A stretch of 63,242 bases of DNA, counting the filler, from Octopus bimaculoides (Eukaryota), in NCBI RefSeq assembly GCF_001194135.2. It is 5 parts of 5 records of this genome, joined end to end, with 100 filler letters (N's around TTAATTAATTAA, not from the genome) between each part and the next. Parts side by side here need not be neighbours in the genome. Positions count along the whole stretch, not along the records: positions 26,673 to 49,179 come from NC_069009.1; 4 more parts are not named here. One strand, written 5' to 3'. The first letter of the stretch is position 1. Every line of letters begins with the position of its first letter. The translations under genes were made by a program, and so were the position numbers. Shown in pieces: positions 36,371-48,276 of the stretch. Under the pieces are notes generated by a model that was not told the DNA's origin, searched no databases, and saw only the letters and a program-made list of their open reading frames with translations.

Positions 36371-37262
36371 TCAGGCCATCCCATAAGTTCTGTCTGAATT
36401 TTGAATAAAGAAAATAAGTGATCAAATGTTATATTTAATTGGAATTTAATCATCAATGTACTTTCCCTGATTATCCAAGACTTCCTTCCATCTATTTACA
36501 AGCTTTTGAATCTCATCAATGGAAAACTCTTTTGGTTTCAAAGAGAAGAACTCTGAAATATCAGTTTCAACCTCCTCCTGACTTGCGAAAATTTTGTCCC
36601 CCGAAATGATTCTGTAAACTACAAAACAAATGGTAGTCTGAAGGAGCNNNNNNNNNNNNNNNNNNNNNNNNNNNNNNNNNNNNNNNNNNNNNNNNNNNNN
36701 NNNNNNNNNNNNNNNNNNNNNNNNNNNNNNNNNNNNNNNNNNNNNNNNNNNNNNNNNNNNNNNNNNNNNNNNNNNNNNNNNNNNNNNNNNNNNNNNNNNN
36801 NNNNNNNNNNNNNNNNNNNNNNNNNNNNNNNNNNNNNNNNNNNNNNNNNNNNNNNNNNNNNNNNNNNNNNNNNNNNNNNNNNNNNNNNNNNNNNNNNNNN
36901 NNNNNNNNNNNNNNNNNNNNNNNNNNNNNNNNNNNNNNNNNNNNCCTTCTCGGTTGTGGTTGAGCTTTTTCCCTTTTACCAAGCCACTGTTTACGACGTT
37001 TAACATTTCGAAAGAAGCTCCATTTTTCGTCACCAGTCACAAGTCTATCCAAAAAGGGTGAAATGAGTTCGCGAGAGTGGAGAGAAGAGCAGATGTCAAC
37101 TCTGGATTTGCGGTTGCTTTCGGACAATTCCTGAGGCACCCATTTCCCAAGTTTAGGAACCTTTCCAAGTTGTTGAAGATGACGATGAACAGTTGTATGG
37201 TTTGAACTAAGCTTTATTGCCAATTCTTCAACTGATAATGCAGGATTTTCTTCAAGCCCCAG
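36371..37262 (-). mobile_element. 5'-truncated mariner transposon in HAUS7 intron 7
   Basis: WVPQEL, TGDEKW and APSDYHLF motifs with a C-terminal RWKEVLDNQGKYIDD*. TA plus TCAGGCCATCCCATAAGTTC is the likely 3' TIR. There is a gap inside. Confidence 0.85.
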
Positions 37263-37440
37263 GTCAGTCCTAATCCAGACAGACCCATAACAAAGATATG
37301 TTCCAGCCATGGCAATCCCATCTTTTATTCAAACCTTGTGTATCTAGGACTACATTATCTAATGTCCATAGTATAGTAGTTACTATTAGTGGCTACATTT
37401 GTGTATATATTTATAGCATTGTTTTTTTCCTTCTGTCCAG

Positions 37441-37650
37441 TATGTCTATAATCCGTTCACAAGCGAAGAACTGACCGAAGTCTGCCACAAGCTCGACGTA
37501 ATGGTCACCAGTATGAATCACCACCTGGAGAAATTCCACACCTGTTACGACAACGAACTGGTCTCCTGGTGCCGTATGCCCGACACTCCACCAACCGAAC
37601 TAGGTACCATCTTGGATCGGTTGTATACCAAGATGGACTCTTTTGCATTG
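37441..37650 (+). CDS. HAUS7: HAUS7-like exon 8
   Basis: AG/GTAAGT, 210 nt, phase 0-0, ...HHLEKFHTCYDNELVSWCRMPDTPPTELGTILDRL... (cf. recalled FLQVYDDELGECCQRP). Confidence 0.9.
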
Positions 37651-37783
37651 GTAAGTAATCTTGCCGTTTGCTATTGAGGTAGCAGTACCAGTAGTATAAG
37701 GCGGGTGAGTTAGCAGAACTGTTAGCATGTTGGACAAGGTGTTAGGTAGCATTTCAACCCTGGTCTTGTAGGTCTGTGATTAA

Positions 37784-37970
37784 CCCTTTAGAAATTTAAT
37801 CCAACCATATCCGGTCCAAATATTTTTCTTGTGTTATGTTCAGACTAACCAGATTTGGCCTCTCACACCTATCTGACAATGTCATTCTAAAGATAGACAA
37901 TCACATCATCAAAGTCTCGAAGCTGCAATATGATGCATGATTAATTTTAAACAATGTGAATGCCAAAGGG
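37784..37970 (-). mobile_element. piggyBac-type MITE, inverted relative to 32957
   Basis: TTAA|CCCTTT...AAAGGG|TTAA. The interior is the reverse complement of the 32957 copy. Confidence 0.7.
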
Positions 37971-38231
37971 TTAAAGGATTTCCACCCTTGACCATCGTGT
38001 TTTGTCTCTCCATACAAGGGACCCAGTTCGATAAAACCCAATGTGTCAGTTTGTAAGGCAGTCAGGTGTGATTTGAGGGACGTTTAGTTGTTATTTCTAG
38101 CAGGCTGAGTGCCTACATGCTAAGCTGTGTTGTGCACCCACCGGAGAGTGAGGGCAATGGTTGTTTGATGGTTTGGAGGTGCAGATGTGTTTTGTGTTGT
38201 TAATTCTAGAACTTTTCTCTTGCACTGACAG

Positions 38232-38319
38232 ATGATGGAGACTTTTGAAGGCATTCGTGCCACCACGCTGCAGTTGGAAGACTTGGATACTGCGAAACCA
38301 GGCCATGACACCATGCTGA
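38232..38319 (+). CDS. HAUS7: HAUS7-like exon 9
   Basis: AG/GTAAGT, 88 nt, phase 0-1, MMETFEGIRATTLQLEDLDTAKPGHDTML. Confidence 0.82.
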
Positions 38320-38342
38320 GTAAGTGAACATTGTACTTTTAC

Positions 38343-38497
38343 ATCATCATCATCATCATCGTTTAACGTCTGCTTTCCATTGCTAGCATGGGTTGGACGA
38401 TTTGACTGAGGACTGGTGGACCAGGAGGCGACACCAGGCTCCCAATCTGATTTGGCAGAGTTTTTACAGCTGGATGCCCTTCCTAACGCCAACCACT
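38343..38497 (-). mobile_element. RTE tail copy
   Basis: (CAT)n followed by the reverse-complement tail. Confidence 0.8.
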
Positions 38498-38870
38498 ACA
38501 TATTTCAGTCATTTGACTGTACCATGCTGGAGCACTCTTTTCAAGGGTTTTCGTCAAACAAATCCACCCCAGGATTTTTTCCTTAAGCCTAGTACTTATT
38601 CTATTGGTCTCTTTTTCCAAATTGTTAAGTTACTGGGACATAAACACACCAACATTGGTTGTCAAGCTGTGATTGAGATACACACACATATTTTAGTATT
38701 TTACTTGCTTTTCATTGTGACTGTGGCCATGTTGGAGCACCGCCTTTTAGTCAATCCACATGATTCCAGATTCAGTCCAACCTTGAGAATGTGTTTTCTA
38801 CTATAGCCTTGGGCCATCCAAAACCTTGTAAGTGGATTTTGGTAGACGGAAACTGAAAGAAGCCTGTCAG
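38498..38870. mobile_element. SINE family B fragments in mixed orientation
   Basis: Minus-strand tail and core at 38500-38750, plus-strand head-body piece at 38760-38870. Confidence 0.6.
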
Positions 38871-39084
38871 ATATATATATAATATATAATAATAATATTA
38901 GGGATAAAATCCAAAATTACAGGTAAAAACTCAATTAAAATCAATTTATTTAAAATTAAATTAGGTTTCACAGTATAAAATCTATATAAATATATAGTAT
39001 TAGGGAAAAGAACCAAGGTTTATGAACTCATCGATGAAAATCCACTGTCACATATAGAAAAAATTAATAATTAAAAGTACAAGT

Positions 39085-39310
39085 GAGCTGACAGACTCGT
39101 TAACACCAGGGGAAATGCTTAACGACATTTTGTCCATCTTTGCATTCTGGGTTCAAATTCTACCAGGGTTGACTTGGTTTTCCATCGCTTCAGCGTCAAT
39201 AAAATAATTACCTGTTGAACCCTGGGGTTTATGTAATTGACTGTCCCCAACCCCAAAATTTCAAGCCATTTGCCTATAATAAAAATGTTTATTATCGTTA
39301 TTATTATTAT
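39085..39310 (+). mobile_element. SINE family C
   Basis: GAGCTGACAGACTCGTTAAC head, GGTTCAAATTC B-box, core and (ATT)n tail. Confidence 0.65.
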
Positions 39311-39332
39311 TATTACATTCTTGTCATTTCAG

Positions 39333-39436
39333 AAACTGCCAGTGACTCATTCTTTCTGACCCTGAAAGATTTCCTAAAACAAATTGCTGTGCCCGCTGTC
39401 GAAGATCAAACTGCTGATAGTTATCTTTCTGTGTGA
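39333..39436 (+). CDS. HAUS7: HAUS7-like terminal exon
   Basis: TTTCAG acceptor, phase 1, (K)TASDSFFLTLKDFLKQIAVPAVEDQTADSYLSV*. The ten exons sum to 1041 nt with an unbroken frame. Confidence 0.78.
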
Positions 39437-41559
39437 TAACGGAATGTTCNNNNNNNNNNNNNNNNNNNNNNNNNNNNNNNNNNNNNNNNNNNNNNNNNNN
39501 NNNNNNNNNNNNNNNNNNNNNNNNNNNNNNNNNNNNNNNNNNNNNNNNNNNNNNNNNNNNNNNNNNNNNNNNNNNNNNNNNNNNNNNNNNNNNNNNNNNN
39601 NNNNNNNNNNNNNNNNNNNNNNNNNNNNNNNNNNNNNNNNNNNNNNNNNNNNNNNNNNNNNNNNNNNNNNNNNNNNNNNNNNNNNNNNNNNNNNNNNNNN
39701 NNNNNNNNNNNNNNNNNNNNNNNNNNNNNNNNNNNNNNNNNNNNNNNNNNNNNNNNNNNNNNNNNNNNNNNNNNNNNNNNNNNNNNNNNNNNNNNNNNNN
39801 NNNNNNNNNNNNNNNNNNNNNNNNNNNNNNNNNNNNNNNNNNNNNNNNNNNNNNNNNNNNNNNNNNNNNNNNNNNNNNNNNNNNNNNNNNNNNNNNNNNN
39901 NNNNNNNNNNNNNNNNNNNNNNNNNNNNNNNNNNNNNNNNNNNNNNNNNNNNNNNNNNNNNNNNNNNNNNNNNNNNNNNNNNNNNNNNNNNNNNNNNNNN
40001 NNNNNNNNNNNNNNNNNNNNNNNNNNNNNNNNNNNNNNNNNNNNNNNNNNNNNNNNNNNNNNNNNNNNNNNNNNNNNNNNNNNNNNNNNNNNNNNNNNNN
40101 NNNNNNNNNNNNNNNNNNNNNNNNNNNNNNNNNNNNNNNNNNNNNNNNNNNNNNNNNNNNNNNNNNNNNNNNNNNNNNNNNNNNNNNNNNNNNNNNNNNN
40201 NNNNNNNNNNNNNNNNNNNNNNNNNNNNNNNNNNNNNNNNNNNNNNNNNNNNNNNNNNNNNNNNNNNNNNNNNNNNNNNNNNNNNNNNNNNNNNNNNNNN
40301 NNNNNNNNNNNNNNNNNNNNNNNNNNNNNNNNNNNNNNNNNNNNNNNNNNNNNNNNNNNNNNNNNNNNNNNNNNNNNNNNNNNNNNNNNNNNNNNATTTC
40401 ATAATACTTTTCTGACACCAACTTAATAATAGAAAAATTATTTTGAGCATTTAAAAAAAAAGAAAGATTCATTGAAGCAGTCGGTGTATTCCAACAGAAA
40501 TTTGGTAACTTTGTTTAGTTCTTGAACATTTGTTGTCATTCTTAGCTTTTAGCTTTATATAATATACTAGCAAAGCATCCCAGCGTTGCCTGGGTGTTAT
40601 AACCTACAGTCACATTGTATTATTTGTTTCTTTCTTGTGGGTAGAATCAGCATGCGAGGAGCATGAAGCAAACAACTCTTTTTTTTTTTTTTTTTTTTTA
40701 TAAACATGTTTTCTGGTCATTCTGTGATTAACAATACTGAAATTGTTGTCACCAAAAACTTGTAGAATAGCAGCTTAGATTAGATTCCTTCGTCTAGCTA
40801 TGATGGTATCTTGCAGTTTACTTAGACCAGCTGTTCTAACGATACCATTGATCTGTGGCATGGCCACAATATGCAACAGCAATTTACAGACCAACTTATT
40901 TTATGTGAATTTGTTTTTGTGGAGTTTGTGGCATCATTTCGTCAACCTTTGTGGTCACACTGTGCAAAGGCCAAAAAACAAATTTTATATGGTTGTTTTT
41001 TGGTAAATTTTGCAACATTTTTAATGTGATCTTGTTCAATTTTCTTGATAATATTGCTTCAATATTTAGAAGTGAATACAAAGAACTTCTTACTTTATCT
41101 GGGTGGTTTTTGATAAGTTTTTTTTTTTTTTTTGGAGTCACCTACTTCAATTTTCCTTATAATCTTATCAAACTACTTGTGGGAAGAATTCATAAATGAT
41201 AGACTAGGACCACAAGCCCACTATTATTGCTGCCATGAGCCAAGCAACTTCAATCNNNNNNNNNNTGAATTTCTTGCCTGGGGTGAGTTTAAAAAACTTA
41301 TGAAGAAGGAAATGAAATAATATATTGGAAGTTGTTTTTATTGCCTTAACTTTGAGAAGTCAGTGCAAAGAAAAACTAGCTTTTTCTGGATTTTTAAAAA
41401 ATATATTTTCATATATTTGGAGTCCCTTTTCCTAATTTCCTTTATAATTTTATCCAGCTCTATAAAGAAAAGAACCACACTTGCCTGTTGTTGCTTGTCT
41501 ACATTTCTTTTGAATGGAAGCTGCTGAGAAAGACGAACAATTGTAAAAAAAAAAAACAC

Positions 41560-41745
41560 TTCTAGAATGAGGTAAACAACAATATACAGATGGTGGTGGT
41601 TTTAAAATCTTGCATAAAATCACATAAATATCAGAAACTGGCCTTCCTGAATGCTCCTTGCAGATGTCATGCACAGACCCATCTGATTCAAATTTATCTC
41701 GGATGCAAGCAGTGGTGCACTGCATTGAAGGCCATTTCTGTTTGG
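41560..41745 (-). mobile_element. Tc1-like transposase N-terminal remnant
   Basis: IRDKFESDGSVHDICKEHSGRP fits the HTH-linker xxKFxxxGSVxDxxRSGRP. Confidence 0.65.
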
Positions 41746-41782
41746 AGTTGTATTGAATGAGTATTTACAGCTTTGGGTCCTT

Positions 41783-42098
41783 GGAGGTGGCCATTCATAT
41801 CAGCCATTTTGCTTTGTTGTTTGCCTCACAGATAAGTCTGAAAATTGGAAGCCTGTTCTTCGGAGGTGGCCATTCATATCAGCCATTTTGCTTTGTTGTT
41901 TGTCTCACAGATAAGTCTGAAAATTGGAAGCCTGTTCTTCGGAGGTGGCCATTCATATCAGCCATTTTGCTTTGTTGTTTGTCTCACAAATAAGTCTAAA
42001 AATTGGAAGCCTGTTCTTCGGAGGTGGCCATTCATATCAACCATTTTGCTTTGTTGTTTGTCTCACAGATAAGTCTGCAAATTGGAAGCCCGTTCTTC
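41783..42098. repeat. Tandem array of four near-identical 79-bp units
   Basis: GGAGGTGGCCATTCATATC starts at 41783, 41862, 41941 and 42020. Confidence 0.95.
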
Positions 42099-42162
42099 GT
42101 TTGCTGTGTTAGTTGGTGAACAGCAAAATACAATTGGTTTCTGGATTTCCTTGATAAGAAGC

Positions 42163-42602
42163 TGTAGGTGATGGGGCCACTGTCATTAGGTAACCCTATC
42201 CCGTACAAATCAATTCTCTTCAATAAAAACGAACACGCTGGATAAATTGAATAACAGGATAACAAACATTTATTGTGAGGTGCTCAGCCTACATCTCAGG
42301 TAACGGAATTACCAGGTCTCCCTTTATGGTTGGTGTGAAGACGGTGTCAATGATTAAGTCATTCTTCAGCCTCTGAAGTAGTTTGCGTAGACTCAGAGGT
42401 AGAGTTCCGGAGCGGCTCTTAGTGGTCCTGTTGTCTCCTCGAATGTCCAGCGCTTAAGAGGTCGAGAAAAGGCGGGAACGCGTTGATATAGGATGACCAC
42501 GCATGCACATGAGGGACTTCTTACATGCCTCCTGGAAGAGATATCCCTGCGCATGCGTGGACGGACTTCCCAAAATGGCGACTGGTGTTAGGCGTCACTA
42601 CA
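42163..42602 (-). mobile_element. Probable solo LTR (about 440 bp)
   Basis: TGTAG...CTACA inverted termini. The minus strand has a CpG-rich U3-like part, a TATA-like TATATCAA and AATAAA near the 3' end. No TSD found. Confidence 0.5.
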
Positions 42603-42813
42603 TGACTGCAACCGTTCTTGCACGAATTGTTATGAGGGCAACCAGGTTTAGTAGCATGCTTGCACCACAAATGGTGGAATTGGTAGAATTCTCTGAAGCT
42701 AGGGCCAAGATAAAAGTCCAGCATCGTGGCATTTCAGCTCTAAATTATGGTAAAACTTGTGTTTATGCAATATATAAACCGTACTTTGCTGTTACGTACA
42801 GGAAAAATTTATA

Positions 42814-43427
42814 AATAAAGCCCACAACAACACTTGTCGGTTGTTACTTGTCTATATTTCACTTTTGCTTTTTGAAAAGCATTTGGTTTTATTTCCTGTC
42901 CCCAAATACACTTTATACTACACCACTCTGCAATCTTATCTTCTCAGCCGCCATTTCTTTCGAATGAAAGATGCTTGCTGGCATGAATCACCATTTGGTG
43001 AATGTAGCTAAGTTAGCAGAGATTACGATAGCTTGCCCATTTATTAACTTCAACTGTAATATTTGAGGGAACATTCTCTCTTACTGACTAGATATCTCAA
43101 AGAATCCAACAGTCAGTATCTGGTTTTACTGTTTAAATATCCATGCATTGAGCAGTGTATAAACTATACATTGCTGTTACATGCAAGAACTCATGAATGA
43201 TAAAGCCTACAACAACGCTTGCCAGTTGTTGCTTGTCTATATTTCACTTTTGCTTTTTGAAAAGCATTTGATAGTTTTGTTTCCTTCTGCAATCTTCTCA
43301 ACCTCCATTTCTTTTGCTAGCTGTCATGAATCACCATTTGGTGAATGTAGCTAAGTTAGCAGAGATTACAATAGCTTGTCCATTTATTAACTTCAACTGT
43401 AATATTTGAGGGAACATTCTCTCTTAC
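42814..43427. repeat. Diverged direct duplication (about 42814-43084 and 43200-43427)
   Basis: Shared blocks CTTGTCTATATTTCACTTTTGCTTTTTGAAAAGCATTTG and CATGAATCACCATTTGGTGAATGTAGCTAAG...GGGAACATTCTCTCTTAC. Confidence 0.9.
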
Positions 43428-44164
43428 AACAGTGTCTAAACACTCAGTATTCCTGTCAGATATTTGCTGAAGGAAGCCTTTCTTGGTCATTGTTATAACT
43501 GTTGATGACCCAAGTTTGCATAATCCAAATCTCCATTGCTAAAAATGTTGGATTCTGTAAAAGGAAAATGTAAAAAAAACAAAAATTGAAAGTGGGGGGG
43601 TGGGGGGTGGAAATATTACTCCTCTGTTTTTAGGGCAGCGGAGTTTACTTACGGTGAGGAAAAGTGTTATCATTGTTTGAATTGTAAAATTTTTGTGCCC
43701 AACTCTTTTGGTCACCAAATATGTGGAGGTGGTCAGTAAAAGCCAGAGCTATTTCATGTGTCAACCCTATGCATACCCATGTTTCCATCTGTGGGGAGGA
43801 GGTAATCCATATTAATCTGGCCCCTATCACTTGAGCTGTTAGGAATGGGAGGCCCTACCAGCAGCTTGTGCACTTCATTCACATGGCTCTGAGGGTTATT
43901 TAAGGACACAGGTATTTCCTGGTGTCTGGATCAAGGAAATCCTTGAAACGGTTGCCCTTTTGGTGGATGTAGCCTGATTATAAAAGAACGGTGGTGGTGC
44001 TCAATTACCTCAAGGGTTGTTCAAGGGAGCACCATGTTGAAAGAGGGACCACGATAGTGGGGAATCAAATAGTTTAATGGTCTGCTCATGTGGAGTTCAA
44101 TTGGTTGACGATCCAGAGCTCACATTGGGAGCTGTTAATGCCAAGGCCCTTATAACTAGAGGAG

Positions 44165-44430
44165 TTTAATTACAAACATTGCTCTTTCTGATTTTCATTT
44201 GGAACCCACTTATCCAACTTTTTCACTTTACCGATTTGAACTAGGTGAGAGAATACTGTTTGCTTGCTAACACCAAACAACAGCAATAATTCACGGGCAC
44301 TTTGAGAGGAATCTGACTTGACGGTGGCTTTCAGTTTGTCATTAGCCACCTTTGTTTCTGGTCGACCATGTTGCTCATTTGTGAGGTCAAAGTTACCAGA
44401 GTGAAATTTTGCAAACCACTTTGATACTCT
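44165..44430 (-). mobile_element. Mariner transposase N-terminal fragment
   Basis: WFAKFHSGNFDLTNEQHGRP...ARELLLLFGVSKQTVFSHLVQIGKVKKLDKWVP. Confidence 0.8.
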
Positions 44431-45690
44431 TTGCTGTGTAATAACATTAGAATGAAATACTCTTTTAATATTCCGAACTGTGATTCTGTATTTCCAAGAA
44501 GGAACTCTTATTTCAAAACTGTACGAATTTCTGACTTACCCATCTCTAAACAAAAATAGAAAACAATAATTTATAAATATTTTATAAAGCACAAAATGAG
44601 TTAGAATAAAGAAATTGATGTCAGCTTTCTAACAAAAAATATTGTTAAAATATAATAATGGCACAAAATTTCGTACTTGATGACTTCATATATTAGAATC
44701 AGCAGAACAAACAGAATGTTTTTGTGGAGTAATGAGTGGCCACGGACAAGGTATTCGTGCGCATTGGTTAGGCAAGAGAGCGATCAGTGTTTTAGAAAAG
44801 ACAATGTTAAACCGATGATGATGATGATACATAAAATATGAAGACAATTTATGTAAAAACTAACTATGATAATCAGTGAAAGTCTATAACAAGGTTGACC
44901 AATATCAAAAATATTTTTGAAATTTTTCCTCTTCTAAGAAAAACAAGAATTAAAAGAAAATATAATATTCTTATACGTCTGATAGATTCTGGTGCTTCTT
45001 ACATGACTTGTAATGGTTGGCATGAGTTTTGATTCCATTGCAAAGTTTACATCTGAATTCCAAATTTCAATTCACTTTTGATATTTTTGGTTGGAGGTCG
45101 TTCCTTTAAATTTTCCCATCAGAAATCAGTCTCAGAAATAGATGTATTAGGAATTGTCTCTTTGATTTTTATCAGAAACAAGTTGCTGGGTATCCCTTCT
45201 TTTGGCTACTGGCATAAAATCCAATTGCCCACAACTTGTTCGCAATTCCGTTTTATTTTTCTCTTTCAAAAAAGAAAGTTTTAATTTTTTTATCGTTTAA
45301 GAAAAAACGAGAAATAGAAGAAAATATAGCATTTTTATACATCTGGTAGATTCTGGTTCTTCTTATATGATTTGTACTGGTCGATGCAAGTTTTGATGGT
45401 ACTCCAAAGAAGTTCTTCAAGGGAGTGCCCCAGCATGGCCGTGGTGGGGCATGTAGGATAACATATTGGAAAATGTATACAAATTGGGAATGAAATGTGT
45501 AAAGAGAAATTAGCAATAAGCAGGAAACTGCCTGGAGCGTGATATTTCTGCTAGGATGTATAATACATCATTGTATGCATGGGGAACAGTGAGAGTCTAA
45601 ATGACAACTTATTTACATGCCTTGTGAATGAATTTAGAAAACAGAAATTTCCAAAATTGACTGAAAAACAGTGTATTACAATGGAAATCA

Positions 45691-47157
45691 TCAGCCATGA
45701 TATTCTAACATTCGCCTTTCTGTACTTGCATTAGTCAGACAAGGGCTGCAAGTTACGATAACCTGCCCATTCATCAGTGAAAATGATGCTCCCTGGATGG
45801 ACATGTTGCCGGATAATGGATTCCGAGGAATCCATGGACCGGCTATTATCCGGGCATATACATAAAAAGCAATTGGTGGGATTGTCCAATTCAACTCCAC
45901 CCAACACCCAAGTGCCGTCGTAGTGCGCACCCCGCCGATACTTTTGGTGCATAAATTTAGATTCATCGATGACAACCACGACATCAGGGCCGCCAATCAT
46001 TAATGGGTTAGCAATTAGGTGTTGTGCCAGAGTATCTCAGCAGAAATTGGCCCAATCCACCACAGTGGACCAACTCGCAATTTGTAACTCCTGCATAATT
46101 CTCCGCAAGGGTACATCAATCGACCACCAATACAGAAAGAGCAGTATTGNNNNNNNNNNNNNNNNNNNNNNNNNNNNNNNNNNNNNNNNNNNNNNNNNNN
46201 NNNNNNNNNNNNNNNNNNNNNNNNNNNNNNNNNNNNNNNNNNNNNNNNNNNNNNNNNNNNNNNNNNNNNNNNNNNNNNNNNNNNNNNNNNNNNNNNNNNN
46301 NNNNNNNNNNNNNNNNNNNNNNNNNNNNNNNNNNNNNNNNNNNNNNNNNNNNNNNNNNNNNNNNNNNNNNNNNNNNNNNNNNNNNNNNNNNNNNNNNNNN
46401 NNNNNNNNNNNNNNNNNNNNNNNNNNNNNNNNNNNNNNNNNNNNNNNNNNNNNNNNNNNNNNNNNNNNNNNNNNNNNNNNNNNNNNNNNNNNNNNNNNNN
46501 NNNNNNNNNNNNNNNNNNNNNNNNNNNNNNNNNNNNNNNNNNNNNNNNNNNNNNNNNNNNNNNNNNNNNNNNNNNNNNNNNNNNNNNNNNNNNNNNNNNN
46601 NNNNNNNNNNNNNNNNNNNNNNNNNNNNNNNNNNNNNNNNNNNNNNNNNNNNNNNNNNNNNNNNNNNNNNNNNNNNNNNNNNNNNNNNNNNNNNNNNNNN
46701 NNNNNNNCACGACATCAGGGCCGCCAATCATTAATGGGTTAGCAATTAGGTGTTGTGCCAGAGTATCTCAGCAGAAATTGGCCCAATCCACCACAGTGGA
46801 CCAACTCGCAATTTGTAACTCCTGCATAATTCTCCGCAAGGGTACATCAATCGACCACCAATACAGAAAGAGCAGTATTGTTTTTAAAGGCAAATTACTC
46901 TTTTGAAAAAACGATCCTTTTCTAATAGAAAAGCGTTTTCGACACTGTCGAGCAGTGCACTTCCAACTATACCCATCTTGAAGTCGCCGAAATTTCGCAA
47001 ATGAACAATTGTGGCCATCGTCACAGACATGAGCTTCTGCTAAAAGTCCATATGTTTTCACCCATTCAATTAGATTGTCCTGGTCACGGCTGATTTCAAA
47101 CAAATTCGATAGGCGAAACGGAGGACATTGCATAATATTCATCCTGAGACCTTCCAA
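45691..47157 (-). pseudogene. Merlin (IS1595/ISXO2-like) transposase, inactivated
   Basis: N-terminal Cys-rich region (CDDGHNC...WKC..RQC), SIRKGSFF, then [15 protein letters not shown]...WVLGG...IFTDEWAGY. In-frame TGA after WANFC. The 173-bp duplication across the gap is an assembly artefact. Confidence 0.85.
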
Positions 47158-48276
47158 AGTGGCAACAGAATAAATTTAGTTTCAGTGTGATAATTTCCAA
47201 AGTGGCTTGATCTAGTTCGTTTCTTGCTGGGTAGTATTTCTTTTTCTTTTTTTTTCGTGATCTGTCCGTGTCACCGCAAAACGGTTTAATCATATCGTTA
47301 GAAATATGGACTACACTCATAATTCGTTTTTTTTTTTTGTTATGGGCCGAAATAGCTCATAGCATGATGGAGGTAAAAGACAACAGAACAAAGCAAAAGG
47401 GAAAGAGAGATACAGTGACCTTACCTGTTGACCGTGGGGGGATGAGCGATCACTGACTGGATCAAAACACGACCTTTAGCAAGTAACGTCTCTGCTCAAA
47501 CTCCCCACACATGCGCCTGTGGCCCTTCCGCCGGCCCTTGCAGTCTTCACTTCCATTTGCTTCATCTGCAATCCTCTCCACCAACACCACAGTACTCTGT
47601 CCGGAACTGGGTATTTCCAGTTTGGGATCTTCATTGTTTGCTCTGTCACCATTACGGTTGTTGTTCTTATATTGCTCTGTTTCATTTCATATTTCCCCCA
47701 ATCTTAATTCTTGAGCCATTCAGCATCTTTTGGGGGGTTTGATGAAATAGGTACTAGCCTCAAATTGATGTAATTGAGGAACCTCTTCCACATGAAACTG
47801 CGGACAGTGTGCCAAAATTAGAAACAATTATTATTGTTATTATTAGCAGTAATAAATTTCGGAGAGTAGTGATTGCTGTCACAAATATCCCAAGTCAAAT
47901 CTTCTTCAGATACATTTTGGATCAAAATTATTGAAAGGTTACCGGTTTGCCAAACTTGTAACAAGTTAAACCACATTTGTATCTACAATGCCCATGTTTC
48001 CAGATTATAAATCTTCTCATATTAGGTATTTCAATTGTCAGGGTGACATTTCCTGAAATGAACAGATAAATCAATATTATTGATTGGTTTCCCCCCATAT
48101 GAAAGATTTTAGATGTTTTTTTTTCATCATCACCATTTTAACACCTACTTTTCTTTGCCGAGTAGAAGAGATTTCTCTGTGCACAAATGGTTGATCTTCC
48201 TGTCATACTATCCCAGTCTATTGAATAACAAAGAACATGGATATGTTTTACCGAATGGACTGGACACAAATGATCC

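Noticed and set aside
40565-40600. Helitron/Helentron-like start ACTAGC...CCCAGCGTTGCCTGGG
   Set aside because: Too short, with no matching 3' end seen.
41783-42098. CRISPR-like regular array
   Set aside because: The whole 79-bp unit repeats with no unique spacers, the context is eukaryotic, and there are no cas genes.
45977-46880. Apparent tandem duplication inside the Merlin transposase
   Set aside because: 45977-46149 and 46708-46880 are identical and flank an N gap, which indicates an unmerged contig overlap.
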